DNA of 64,000 bases from assembly GCA_050014195.1 (NCBI GenBank), contig JBEKDT010000001.1, positions 384,001 to 448,000 of the forward strand. Direction: 5' to 3'. The notes beneath the pieces are model-generated. The model worked only from the letters and a program-made list of their open reading frames with translations, had not been told where the DNA came from and made no database searches. Source of the stretch: Desulfomonilia bacterium (GTDB lineage: Bacteria > Desulfobacterota > Desulfomonilia > UBA1062). This document shows, in pieces, positions 1-10,400 of the stretch. Position numbers and translations under genes: made by a program. Numbering within the stretch: position 1 is the stretch's first letter; each line of letters starts with the position of its first letter.

Positions 1-1
1 T

Positions 2-94
2 ACTGAGGATTATCCCGCTATCAGCAGGTGCATGGAATTGGTCAGCTCCGATATTGAACTGCTCTCCGAACTCAAGGGTCGTTTTCTGGGATAA
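2..94 (+). CDS. 3' end of an upstream CDS (truncated by the window), product unknown
   Basis: Open frame from the window edge (TEDYPAISRCMELVSSDIELLSELKGRFLG) ending at TAA 92-94. Confidence 0.5.
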   Translation, partial: TEDYPAISRCMELVSSDIELLSELKGRFLG

Positions 95-161
95 TTGACA
101 AGGTGTTGGAGAAAGTATTTCTGACGGTAAAAACTTTTGGAAGATCACTTAAAAACGCTAG

Positions 162-821
162 ATGATCATCCTCGATAATGTAACAAAGATTTACCATGAT
201 ACCGTCTATGCCGTCCGGGATGTATCCCTGAACGTTGAAAAAGGTGACCTGTGCTTCATCGTGGGCCCATCGGGAGCAGGCAAGACTACGATTCTTAAGC
301 TTATGTTCGGCTTGGAGCGACCATCCCGGGGTATGGTTTCCATGTTCGGCCGAAAACTTGAAGGACTCGACGCATCGAGCATCCAGGCCATAAGACGCCA
401 TACCGGGTTTGTATTCCAGGACTTCAAGCTCATAGAAGACTGGACCGTCTTCAACAACGCCGCCATCATCCTTGAAATCCTGGGTAAACCGGCTGTATAT
501 GTCAGGGGCAGGGTTTGGAGGATGCTCAAATGGGTCGGGCTCCAACACAAGGTTTATGAACGGGCCAAAGATCTCTCGGGGGGCGAGAGACAGCGCCTGG
601 CCTTGGTCCGAGCAATGATTCATGACCCCGATATCCTTCTGGCCGACGAGCCTGTGGGAAACCTGGATGAAACCATGGCCAGGTACATGATGAATGTTTT
701 TTTAAAGCTCAATAAAAAGGGTACTACCATTATTATTGCGAGCCATCACGGTGACCCTTTGATGGAATATGCAAAGGTCATCCAGATGGACCGCGGTAGT
801 ATCACGGGCGCCGGCAATTAA
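162..821 (+). CDS. ftsE: Cell division ABC ATPase FtsE
   Basis: Walker A GPSGAGKTT, FQDFKL, LSGGE signature, LLADEP; directly upstream of ftsX. Confidence 0.93.
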   Translation: MIILDNVTKIYHDTVYAVRDVSLNVEKGDLCFIVGPSGAGKTTILKLMFGLERPSRGMVSMFGRKLEGLDASSIQAIRRHTGFVFQDFKLIEDWTVFNNAAIILEILGKPAVYVRGRVWRMLKWVGLQHKVYERAKDLSGGERQRLALVRAMIHDPDILLADEPVGNLDETMARYMMNVFLKLNKKGTTIIIASHHGDPLMEYAKVIQMDRGSITGAGN

Positions 822-1691
822 ATGATCCGGTTTTATTACATCCTAAAACTTATCGTGCGTGGTTTGCGCCTGCGGCCATGGGGGAGCCTGTTTACGCTTA
901 TAGCTTGCTGGTTTGCCCTCTGCCAGCTTTCATTTGTTTTTTACATTGTTGATGTCGCCGACAGGGCAAGTACTATGCCTTCCACATCGGGATCTATGAT
1001 CGCCTACCTGAAAGACTCTACATCGCAGGTCCGCATGAATGAGCTGGAGAAGCAATTGCGATCTTTTGAATCAGTCTCGAAGGTACAATTTATCCCGAGA
1101 CAGGCCGGTCTCGAAAAGATGAAGCAATGGCTGGGGCCAAATAACTCTATAGTGGAAGGCGTAGATCCACAGATCCTGCCTGATGCCTTCGAGATTACCC
1201 TCAAGCGAGAGTATGCAGACAAGGTTCGGGAGATTGCGAATACTCTTAATGCACTGTCCGGTGTAAACGATGTCCGCTATCGCAAAGGGCTCATCGGATA
1301 TATTGCAGGCTCCTTTTCGGAAATTCTCATCGGCGCATCCGTGCTCGGCGGTATCGTGATGATCTGCCTGGCATTGGTGATCTTCCTGTCCATTCGGGTA
1401 GGAATTGTCTCCCGGAAGCAGGAGATAGAAGTTATGAACATGCTTGGGGCAAACTACCTTTTCATCTATGCACCATATCTGATCGAAGCAGGAACATACG
1501 GACTTCTCGGGTCATGTGCCGCCCTGGCTACCACATCCATTGCTCTTACATATCTGCATGTCCATTTTACATCGCTCCAGGCCTTTTTAAGGCCTCTTGC
1601 TACCTATCAAATGGTGGGAATTCTGACCTTTGCCTGTTTCTGCAGTATATTAGGTGCACTGCTCGCTATCAAAAGGAGCTTCGATGTCTAG
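822..1691 (+). CDS. ftsX: Cell division permease FtsX
   Basis: 4 TM segments with periplasmic domain, LPDAFEI and RKQEIEVMNMLGA..I..PYLIE motifs. Confidence 0.92.
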   Translation: MIRFYYILKLIVRGLRLRPWGSLFTLIACWFALCQLSFVFYIVDVADRASTMPSTSGSMIAYLKDSTSQVRMNELEKQLRSFESVSKVQFIPRQAGLEKMKQWLGPNNSIVEGVDPQILPDAFEITLKREYADKVREIANTLNALSGVNDVRYRKGLIGYIAGSFSEILIGASVLGGIVMICLALVIFLSIRVGIVSRKQEIEVMNMLGANYLFIYAPYLIEAGTYGLLGSCAALATTSIALTYLHVHFTSLQAFLRPLATYQMVGILTFACFCSILGALLAIKRSFDV

Positions 1692-2739
1692 AAAGATCCT
1701 CATGGTACTTCTAATCTTCCTGCTCATTCCCTCGATTCTCCCCGCCAAAAACGAATCCCGCAGGCTCAAAGAACTTGGTAAAAAAGTCCATGCACTTGAT
1801 ATCAAACGCCGTTCTGAGGGTCAGCGACTTCAGGACATAGACAAGAATATCTCGGCTATGCAGGGAGAGATCGCCGCTGTCAGGAAAGAAGCACAGGCCA
1901 TCAATGTGAAGATTGTACAGCAGCAGAGCCAGATACAGTATTATCAGCAGGCCCTTACCCAATCCCGGGGAACGTTAAAGCAGAAGTGGATCTCCCTTTA
2001 CAAGGGTGCATACCTTGACATGGTGGATATGCTCTATACACACTCCGAGTATTCCGGCTACATCGATGCGATCATCACGAAGAACAAAGATGAACTTATG
2101 GGCTACCGAAAGATGCGCGAGCAGCTGCTCGATGCCAAGGGGAAACTCGACGAGGCGTCCAAGGCCCAGAAAGAGAACTTGAGCGTGTTGCAAGACAAGA
2201 TCGGTTTGTTCAATGCCGAGCGAGAGAAAAAGGCTGTATTGCTGGCATCGCTCAGCAAAGAGAAGCAGTCCTACCAGGAAGAGATACAGCGCCTGCTTAA
2301 AGAATTACAGGCTCGGAAGAAGGAGCTTCCGAACAAGGGTATGGCCAAAAGGATGGGGGATCTGCCCTGGCCTGTGGCGGGCAGAATTGTGCGAGGCTTT
2401 GGAATAACGAAAGAACAAGGATATGCCCAAATATCACATGGAGTAGATATCGAGGCAGATGAAGGCACGCCGGTGAAGACAATACATGCAGGCAAGATTG
2501 TGTTTTACGACTGGATTACAAACTTCGGCAATACGATGATTATCGATCATGGCGGGGGGCTGTATTCTGTCTACGGCCACCTCCAGAAGCCTTTAAAGTC
2601 GATAGGAGAGTCCGTGGAAGCACGCCAGGATATAGCCCTGGTGGGTCAGAGCGGTGATGTGTTAAAACCTACCCTGCACTTTGAGATACGTTACAATGAT
2701 AAACCCCAAGACCCGGTCAAGTGGCTCTCCAGGAAATAG
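1684..2739 (+). CDS. envC: Murein hydrolase activator EnvC-like (coiled coil + M23 domain)
   Basis: Signal peptide, long coiled coil, HGVDI/YGHL/LHFEIR M23 motifs; ftsEX synteny; ATG at 1684. Confidence 0.85.
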   Translation: MSRKILMVLLIFLLIPSILPAKNESRRLKELGKKVHALDIKRRSEGQRLQDIDKNISAMQGEIAAVRKEAQAINVKIVQQQSQIQYYQQALTQSRGTLKQKWISLYKGAYLDMVDMLYTHSEYSGYIDAIITKNKDELMGYRKMREQLLDAKGKLDEASKAQKENLSVLQDKIGLFNAEREKKAVLLASLSKEKQSYQEEIQRLLKELQARKKELPNKGMAKRMGDLPWPVAGRIVRGFGITKEQGYAQISHGVDIEADEGTPVKTIHAGKIVFYDWITNFGNTMIIDHGGGLYSVYGHLQKPLKSIGESVEARQDIALVGQSGDVLKPTLHFEIRYNDKPQDPVKWLSRK

Positions 2740-2812
2740 TGATTATTTAAACCTCATGTCGGATATGCTATAGACCGATTTTGTTAGATAGCTTTAACCA
2801 GAAAGGGTGTGT

Positions 2813-4102
2813 ATGAGAAACGCTAAAGGGATACTAAGGGGCTTTGGGGTTGCTGCATTAATGGGCTTCTTTCTTTTGCAGCACACGGATGCGCTCAATG
2901 CTGAGTCCATGAACATCTTTCCGGAACTCCAGAAGTTTACCGACTGTCTGGATTTAATCGAAAAGTACTACGTGGAGGAGGTAAAACCCGAGACGCTCAT
3001 TGAAGGGGCTATTAAAGGCATGGTCTCGGTTCTTGATCCTCATTCGGCATACCTCACGAAAGAGGATTATAAAGAGATGCAAATCAGCACGACCGGGTCC
3101 TTCGGGGGGCTTGGCATTGAAATAGGGCTGCGTGATAACCAGCTCACCGTCATCACACCCATTGATGGTACACCTGCCTTCAAAGCGGGCATCCGCCCCG
3201 GTGACAGGATCCTCAAGATTGATACCTCACCAACAAATGAAATAACCCTTGAAGAGGCTGTCAAGCTTCTGCGGGGACCCAAGGGATCGAAGGTGACACT
3301 TACCATCCTCCGTGAGTCTCAGGAGAAACCTATTGAGTTCACCATCACACGAGCCATTATCCACATAGAGAGTGTGCTTTCCCAGATAATTGAACCGGGA
3401 TATGGTTACATAAAGATTCGTAATTTTCAGGTGGACACCTCGGAAGCCGTGCGAAAGGCAATGCAGAAGATGGTCGGGCTGAAGGGGTTGATCCTTGACC
3501 TCAGATACGACCCGGGCGGCCTGCTGGATCAGGCCATTGCCGTGAGCGACCTTTTCCTGAGCGAGGGCAAAATAGTCTATACTGATGGGAGGAGACCAGA
3601 GGACCGTACCGAATACATTGCCCATAAGAAGGAAGGCACCTTTGAAGGGTTCCCCATAGTGGTCCTCATCAACGGTGGAACAGCCAGCGCAGCAGAGATT
3701 GTTTCCGGAGCACTGCAGGACAACAAACGCGCGGTTATCGTGGGGGTAAGGAGTTTCGGCAAGGCATCGGTCCAGACTATCAGGCCTTTAAGTGACGGAT
3801 CGGCGTTGAAGCTCACCATAGCAAGGTATTATACGCCGTCAGGCAGATCCATCCAGGCAAAAGGCATCGAGCCTGATGTGGTTGTGGAACAAAAGATGCT
3901 CGTTAAGGAAGATTTAAAGACGCAGACCTTTATCCGGGAGAAGGATCTGAAATCACATCTGGAGCCGGAGGGAGCTGAGCCTACTGACACGAATGAGAGT
4001 GCAACCGGTCCTGTGAATCTGGATAAAGACTACCAGCTCAAGTACGGACTCGACATGCTCAAGACATGGGAGGTGTTTCACCGCATCAAGAAGGCAGCAT
4101 GA
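2813..4102 (+). CDS. ctpA: S41 carboxyl-terminal processing protease (PDZ)
   Basis: LDPHSAY, GGLGIEI PDZ motif, DLRYDPGG, TASAAEI, GKASVQ, YYTPSG. Confidence 0.93.
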   Translation: MRNAKGILRGFGVAALMGFFLLQHTDALNAESMNIFPELQKFTDCLDLIEKYYVEEVKPETLIEGAIKGMVSVLDPHSAYLTKEDYKEMQISTTGSFGGLGIEIGLRDNQLTVITPIDGTPAFKAGIRPGDRILKIDTSPTNEITLEEAVKLLRGPKGSKVTLTILRESQEKPIEFTITRAIIHIESVLSQIIEPGYGYIKIRNFQVDTSEAVRKAMQKMVGLKGLILDLRYDPGGLLDQAIAVSDLFLSEGKIVYTDGRRPEDRTEYIAHKKEGTFEGFPIVVLINGGTASAAEIVSGALQDNKRAVIVGVRSFGKASVQTIRPLSDGSALKLTIARYYTPSGRSIQAKGIEPDVVVEQKMLVKEDLKTQTFIREKDLKSHLEPEGAEPTDTNESATGPVNLDKDYQLKYGLDMLKTWEVFHRIKKAA

Positions 4103-5196
4103 GAAGGAAGAGAAGGAAAAAAAATACCAACACGATCCTCATAACTGCCGTCATAGGTGTCTTGATTGCCGCGATCATCATAGTGACGGGCATTGTTCTC
4201 CTGACCGAGAAGCCTCACAAGCCTCCGGAAAAGAGGGAGGCACCCGGCGGCGTTACCATAACCAAACCTTTCGTTGAAGGGGATGAGCTCCTCATCAAGG
4301 GGTGCCTGTTCGACCTCGGCGTCCCCAAGGATCATGTTCGCATCACAGGCAGGACTATTGAAATCACCATGGCAAAGTTGCCGGATCCATCCCACATTGA
4401 AGAGGCCTTTGCCGGCTTACGCAAAATCGAGGGTGCGGAGGTTACCCTGAAAGAGCCGACTCGGCTTACACTCAACATCAATGAGAAAGAGTGGAACATC
4501 TATTTCCGTGTATACAAGGCCCCTGAAAAGAAGATGGAAAAGGTTGCCATTATCATCGATGATATGGGGCAGGACATGGATGTTGCCCGCAAGCTCTGCG
4601 CCATTGACGCGAACCTAACCTTCTCGGTCCTTCCCCATGAAATGCATACGGAAGAGGTTGCTCTCTACCTCCACAAGCAAGGCAAGGAGGTGCTGCTCCA
4701 TCTCCCCATGGAAGGAAACGGGAAGAACCCGGGTTTGGGGGCCATCTACCATGATACGGATCCCAGCCAGGCCCAAAAGATCCTGAAAGAATCCCTTGAG
4801 AGGGTCCCTATGGCAGACGGGGTGAACAACCATATGGGTTCTGTAGTCACTCAGAATCAGGTCATTATGAAGGCCCTGTTTTCCAGTATCAAGGAGCAGG
4901 GCCTCTTCTTCATCGATAGCCTCACTACGGGGAAATCGGTATGTAAAACGGTTGCGACTGAAACGAACCTTCCCTTCCAGGTACGCGATGTATTCCTCGA
5001 TAACGAACAGACTTACCAGTACATAGCAGGGCAGTTGGACGTGCTTGTCACGATTGCCAGACGGAATGGTGAAGCTATTGCGATCTGTCATCCACACCCA
5101 GTGACCGTAGAAGTGCTGGTCCATGAGGTGCCACACCTCAATGATAAGGGGATCGAGGTGGTGAGAGTCTCCAAGCTCGTTAACGGCCGCTCTTAG
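4099..5196 (+). CDS. Divergent polysaccharide deacetylase family protein (YibQ-like), N-terminal TM anchor
   Basis: AIIIDDMG, LLHLPME, NNHMGS, FIDSLT, RDVFLDN, ICHPH motifs. Confidence 0.9.
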   Translation: MRRKRRKKNTNTILITAVIGVLIAAIIIVTGIVLLTEKPHKPPEKREAPGGVTITKPFVEGDELLIKGCLFDLGVPKDHVRITGRTIEITMAKLPDPSHIEEAFAGLRKIEGAEVTLKEPTRLTLNINEKEWNIYFRVYKAPEKKMEKVAIIIDDMGQDMDVARKLCAIDANLTFSVLPHEMHTEEVALYLHKQGKEVLLHLPMEGNGKNPGLGAIYHDTDPSQAQKILKESLERVPMADGVNNHMGSVVTQNQVIMKALFSSIKEQGLFFIDSLTTGKSVCKTVATETNLPFQVRDVFLDNEQTYQYIAGQLDVLVTIARRNGEAIAICHPHPVTVEVLVHEVPHLNDKGIEVVRVSKLVNGRS

Positions 5197-5282
5197 GTCT
5201 TAAGAGTGTAAGACATGCTGCCTTGATTGACTCGGATGTATGCTTTAGGCTATAGAGGGAGGCGGTTAAAGGGTTTAAGATC

Positions 5283-5783
5283 ATGAAGCAGTGGTTTGTG
5301 ATACAGACTAATCCCAAGGAAGATAACCTTGCCTGCCTTGTTCTCTCACAGAACGGTATCAGCATCTATCAGCCGTTCATGGAGAAGTACGTGTTCCATG
5401 CCCGGAAGAAGACGTTGAAGCGATACCCGCTCTTTCCCAACTACATCTTCGTGAATATAAATCCCGTGGAGGAGGACTTTCACAAGATCCGATGGAGCAG
5501 GGGAGTACGCAGGATCCTTCTCGACAACTATCAGCCGATACCTATTGAGGAGGAGTTTATCTCCTCATTGCAGACACTCCAGGATAAAGATACCGGTATT
5601 ATCAAGAAGCCCGTGGAGTTTGCCCCGGGTGACATGGTTCGGATCAAGTCGGGCCCTATGAAGGATCTTTACGGGATATTCGAGGAATGGGGCTCGGACG
5701 AGGGCAGGGTAAAGATCTTGATCCAGATGGTCAACAACAGGGCAAAGGTGGTCATGCACGCCTCTCTCATTGAGAAGGTCTGA
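5283..5783 (+). CDS. NusG paralog, RfaH/UpxY-like transcription antiterminator
   Basis: WFVIQTNP, PLFPNYIFV, IRWSRGV NGN domain; KOW motif GDMVRIKSGP; not in secE-rplK context. Confidence 0.85.
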   Translation: MKQWFVIQTNPKEDNLACLVLSQNGISIYQPFMEKYVFHARKKTLKRYPLFPNYIFVNINPVEEDFHKIRWSRGVRRILLDNYQPIPIEEEFISSLQTLQDKDTGIIKKPVEFAPGDMVRIKSGPMKDLYGIFEEWGSDEGRVKILIQMVNNRAKVVMHASLIEKV

Positions 5784-5798
5784 CCATGAGGAGGGCCC

Positions 5799-7421
5799 AT
5801 CCATAAGATCTACGGCAACGCAAAGACCCTGAAAGCCTCCGATGAAAAGGCCATCGAGAGGCTCTACAGGAGAAGGATACCCTCCACAGTTGTCATAACT
5901 CATGAGCTTTGCATAGAACTCGCGCGTATATCCCATGAAACAGGCATCCAGATCGGGCTGCTTATCAACAGGGCAGGAGCTGTTGAATATGTGATCGCCG
6001 GCAATGCATCAGGCATATCCATTCCCAAACTGCATCGGATGCGGACTCATCCCGGAAGGCTCCAGGGCCTCAGGCTCATTCACACTCATATGAGGGATGG
6101 CCATCTCACCTCCGAGGATCTTACCGACCTGGCCAAGCTTCGGCTCGATATGATCTATGCCATCGAGGTCTCGGCGGACGGAAGCCCCGGCCTTGCATAT
6201 GGGGCACACCTCATTCCTGCGCAGGATACGGCCTTGTGGAAACTGTTTGATCCGGTCCCCACGTATGGGATGGACATCAGGTTCGATCTCTTCATCAGAG
6301 AGCTGGAAGATGAGATCACCAAGAAACAGACTGCGCTTGTCGCCGGTGCCCATGAAGACCGGGCCATCCTCGTGGTGGTTACCTCCGCGCTCAATGAGGC
6401 TACCAAGGACATCATAGCTGAGTTTCAGGCCCTTGCTCGGGCAGCCGAGGTCACTGTCGTGGACACGGTGGTACAGAGAAGGCCGAAACCCGATCCAAGG
6501 TACGTGGTGGGCAAAGGTAAGGTGGCGGACATCTATATTCTGGCATTGGCCAAGGACGCCAATCTCCTCATCTTCGACCATGAGCTGACGCCGTCACAGG
6601 CCCGTTCCATTGCCGAGATCGCGGATATGCGGGTGATCGATCGCACACAGCTCATCCTCGATATCTTTGCCCGCAGGGCCAGAACAAGAGAGGGCAAGAT
6701 CCAGGTCGAGCTGGCCCAGCTCAGGTACAATATGTCCCGGCTCGTGGGCAAGAACCCGTCGCTCAGCCGGCTTGCCGGTGGTATCGGGACCAGAGGGCCG
6801 GGTGAGAGTAGGCTGGAGATCGACCGCCGCCGTGCCAAAGAGCGCATGGAGCGGCTTGAGCGGGAGACTCATCAGATAAGTCAAAAACGCAGGCTTACCA
6901 GGCTTCGCAGGAGCAGGCATGCACTCCCGGTCATTTCAATCATCGGTTACACCAATACCGGTAAATCCACACTCTTAAATACCCTGACCAAGAGCAAGGT
7001 CTTCACGGCAGACATGCCTTTCGCCACACTCGATCCCTCCAGCAAACGCCTGAGGTTTCCAAAAGACATCGAGGTGATCATCACCGATACGGTGGGTTTT
7101 ATCCGTGATCTCCCGACCGATCTCAAGGCCTCCTTCATGGCCACGTTGGATGAGCTGAGAGATGCCCACCTTCTCCTGGAGATCATCGACCTCACCGACC
7201 CTCATATCGATTATCGCATCCAGGCTGTCGATGAGATCCTTAAAGGCCTGGAACTCCAGAGCAAACCCCGTCTCAAGGTATTCAACAAGGCGGATAAATG
7301 TCCCAAGGGCCTTGCGGATTCCTTGTCTGAACGTTACGGGGGTGTTGCAGTCTCGGCGCTGGACAGTACAAGCCTTATCCCCCTCATCGAGCGGATGCAG
7401 GCCTACTTCCTGCACAAATAG
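5799..7421 (+). CDS. hflX: GTPase HflX, long form with N-terminal extension; probable ATC start
   Basis: DRTQLILDIF, GTRGPGE, GYTNTGKST, FATLD, DTVGF, NKAD; frame open back to 5790 with IYGN..LK...IERLYRRRIP. Confidence 0.9.
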   Translation: MHKIYGNAKTLKASDEKAIERLYRRRIPSTVVITHELCIELARISHETGIQIGLLINRAGAVEYVIAGNASGISIPKLHRMRTHPGRLQGLRLIHTHMRDGHLTSEDLTDLAKLRLDMIYAIEVSADGSPGLAYGAHLIPAQDTALWKLFDPVPTYGMDIRFDLFIRELEDEITKKQTALVAGAHEDRAILVVVTSALNEATKDIIAEFQALARAAEVTVVDTVVQRRPKPDPRYVVGKGKVADIYILALAKDANLLIFDHELTPSQARSIAEIADMRVIDRTQLILDIFARRARTREGKIQVELAQLRYNMSRLVGKNPSLSRLAGGIGTRGPGESRLEIDRRRAKERMERLERETHQISQKRRLTRLRRSRHALPVISIIGYTNTGKSTLLNTLTKSKVFTADMPFATLDPSSKRLRFPKDIEVIITDTVGFIRDLPTDLKASFMATLDELRDAHLLLEIIDLTDPHIDYRIQAVDEILKGLELQSKPRLKVFNKADKCPKGLADSLSERYGGVAVSALDSTSLIPLIERMQAYFLHK

Positions 7422-7428
7422 CCGTCTC

Positions 7429-10400
7429 CTACTGTTTTTTATTCTCTAAGTACTTGAGCGACTCATTGATGAGGTGGGCAGGCAGCCTGAGAGACCTCAG
7501 CAGAGATGCCGCCACGGTGTTGGATAAGGTATTGATGGGTTCCAGGCGTACCTTCGGGTCAGACATGGTACCCTTGAGGCTCATGTTCAACACGATCAGC
7601 TTTCCTTTGTCGCCTGTGAGCACCCAGCCTACGAGCGGGATCTTGCTGACTGTCCAGTCTACGCTCTCCAGGGGCTGGACACCTATGTTTGCATCGATTT
7701 TCTTTGTCGTTATAGAATACTTCCCCACTGCAGACAGTTGAATCGAGTTGCTCTCCAGCGCAAAGTCATCGAAACTCACCACATTGTCGGTTATGTCCAA
7801 TGTTGATGTCAGGTGGTTGTAGGTGAAATGGTGGCTGATAAAATCGATGTCACGATTCTGAAAGATCTTATACACATTCAGCAATGAGAAGATTTGTGAA
7901 ACGAGTTCGTATTTTCGTATCTCGCCGTCCCTGGCGGATATGGTGAGTATGCCGTTTATGGAATCATCATGGCCTGAGATATGGCCATCCATATCAAGAC
8001 TTCCGTCGATGATGGATTTGATGTTTGTTGCGCGTAACAGCTTGCGCATATCAGCACCCTTGATGGAGATCATCAAATCGTAGGTGGAGGCACCGTCGGC
8101 AGCGATCTGGATGGTTCCTTTGGCATTCCCTGAGACCGTCTCCATATCGACGTGAGTAAGGCTTAAGATTCCGTCTTTGAATTCTGCCTGTGCCGATGAT
8201 CCCTCGATGGGAAGTCCATAGAAAACACAATTGACAAACTTCAGTGTTGCATCGGCCCTGAGATCCGTAAGTCCCTTTAAGGTCATACCCCCTTCGCCGG
8301 TCTTCATGCCGTCAACAACTGCGCTGCCCTTGAAATACGGTTGCTTCTCAAGGGAAAGTTTCCCCTTGAGTACGACGGTAGTTTCCCCTGAGGCGATCTG
8401 CAGGGCATCTGATGAGATGACGTGCGTGCTGAAAGTTACAGGGCCGTTTATGGTGAGGGGGTTTTCCTGATAGGGCAGGACCATATTGTTGAATCTCAGG
8501 TTTCCTTCAGCAGAGACGGCATTATCCCAGGAGATCTTCATTGAGCCGTTCACCAGGCCGTCCAGGTTCTTGAGGCCTTTTGCGGTCTTGCAGGAGAGGT
8601 CCTTGAGATGCAACTCGCCGGACAAGGCCAAAGAGCCGGTGTCCGATTTGATGGATGCAGAGCCGCCCAGAGAGCTCTTCGGAGTACGGATAACCATATC
8701 ATTTATACTGATGCGCGGCTGAGATTCCAGTCTGGTTGTGAAATTGCCCTTGGCTGATGCCGGCTGTGATGTAATCGTGTAGTTGCTCGCAGCATACGTG
8801 ATGCCCGGAGTACTCAGTTCCAAGGAGCCCTTGAGGTCGGCCCCGATGCCGGAGCCTGTGAGTTTGATACTGGCATCTCCAAGGGCGATAGTTCCCACCG
8901 GGTGAAGGTGATCGGCGAGGACGAAAAACCGGGAGCGGTTCTTCCCGAAGGGATCTACAAGGCTTACATCCAGCTTCTTGATGCGTATGGAGTCGAATGT
9001 CCCGGTGAATATAATACGGTGAGGTGCGGAATAACTGTCTGCATGGATGGAACCCGATTGCCCTGAAATGCTTTTGTTTCCCCAGGTGTAGGTACAATTT
9101 TCAATCTTGATGTCCTCGATCGCATTGAAAGGCGATTTCAAAGTCTCATCATAGGAGGCGCTCACCCGGGCATGCACCAGGCCTCCTTTCACCTTGGATA
9201 CAGGCGAGAGGAGCTTGTAGATATCCTGGGGAACCATGGCTGCCCGCCAGGTTCTGATGAAATCCGCTGCAGGCATGTCCAGATCAATAACCACGTAAAC
9301 ACGCCAGAACTTCAAAATCTGCAGAAGCGCGACATTCACCCTTCTCAGACTGGATTGCCCCATAAAACCTGAAAGATTATTGAACCGGATGTCGCCTTTC
9401 GTGTACATCACCTGACCGGTGATCCCTGTGACCCGATCAGGGGAATAACCGGCACCGAAGCTCTGGCCACGAAGATCCTGGACCACATAGAGGTTGTTCA
9501 TCAGGGCCTCGCCCGAGAGGAAGTCCTTTATGGAGCCCCTGTAGCGAGCCATGGAAAACCGCGAGCGGCCGCTTCTGATCTGTTTGGTGAGAAGGGTTTT
9601 GAGCCAGTCGGGAAACAGATTAACCGGGAGCACGGAGACTACCTTTTCGTAGTCGAACTCCTTGGAGGATGCTTCCAGGCTGAGTATGGAATCCTTCCAT
9701 GATTCCATATCGTTGAGCCCCATGATCTCCCCCTTGCCTGATACTTCCACGAGCGGCGTCTTGATGGAGATGTCGGTGAAGCTCATCCGCTGTCTGTCTC
9801 CTGACAGGGCGGCTGACACAATAAGATTTTTCATGGTGCCCCGTATGTACGGCAGGCTCAGGTCTTTCGCCTGGAGCAAGAACGAGCCTGCCTTTGAGTT
9901 TTTAACATCCTCTATGGTGAAGCTCATATTTGCAGTACCCTTGAAACGGGTATCGATCTGTTTCAAAGGAATGCCGTAGGCATCAAAGGTCACCTTTCCG
10001 GGCTTGACCAGGTCGGCTTCAAGGAGGACCCTGCCTCCGAGCGAGCGCGCCCTGAGATTGATCCAGTCATTCGTGATGCGGCCGGAGAGGTCGGTCAGGG
10101 GAAAATCCAGCCCCTGGTAGATGAACTTAACGCTGCCCTTCCATATGATCACTACGGGTCGGCCGGCGGTCCCTTTTTTGAGCTTCAGATTCTGCAGGTT
10201 GTCAAGGTCGATCTCGCCGGAGGGCTCGACAAGGCGCACCTTCTTGACGCTCACATCTCCGAAGAGGAGTCTCCAGATTCCGAGATATGCTGTGACACTT
10301 TGAATGTGAAGGTTGATTATACCCGGGGAGTCTATACTGACCTTATTGAGAATGACCCGCGGACCCTGTTTCCATTCAAGCCGCGTACTTGCTATAGTGA

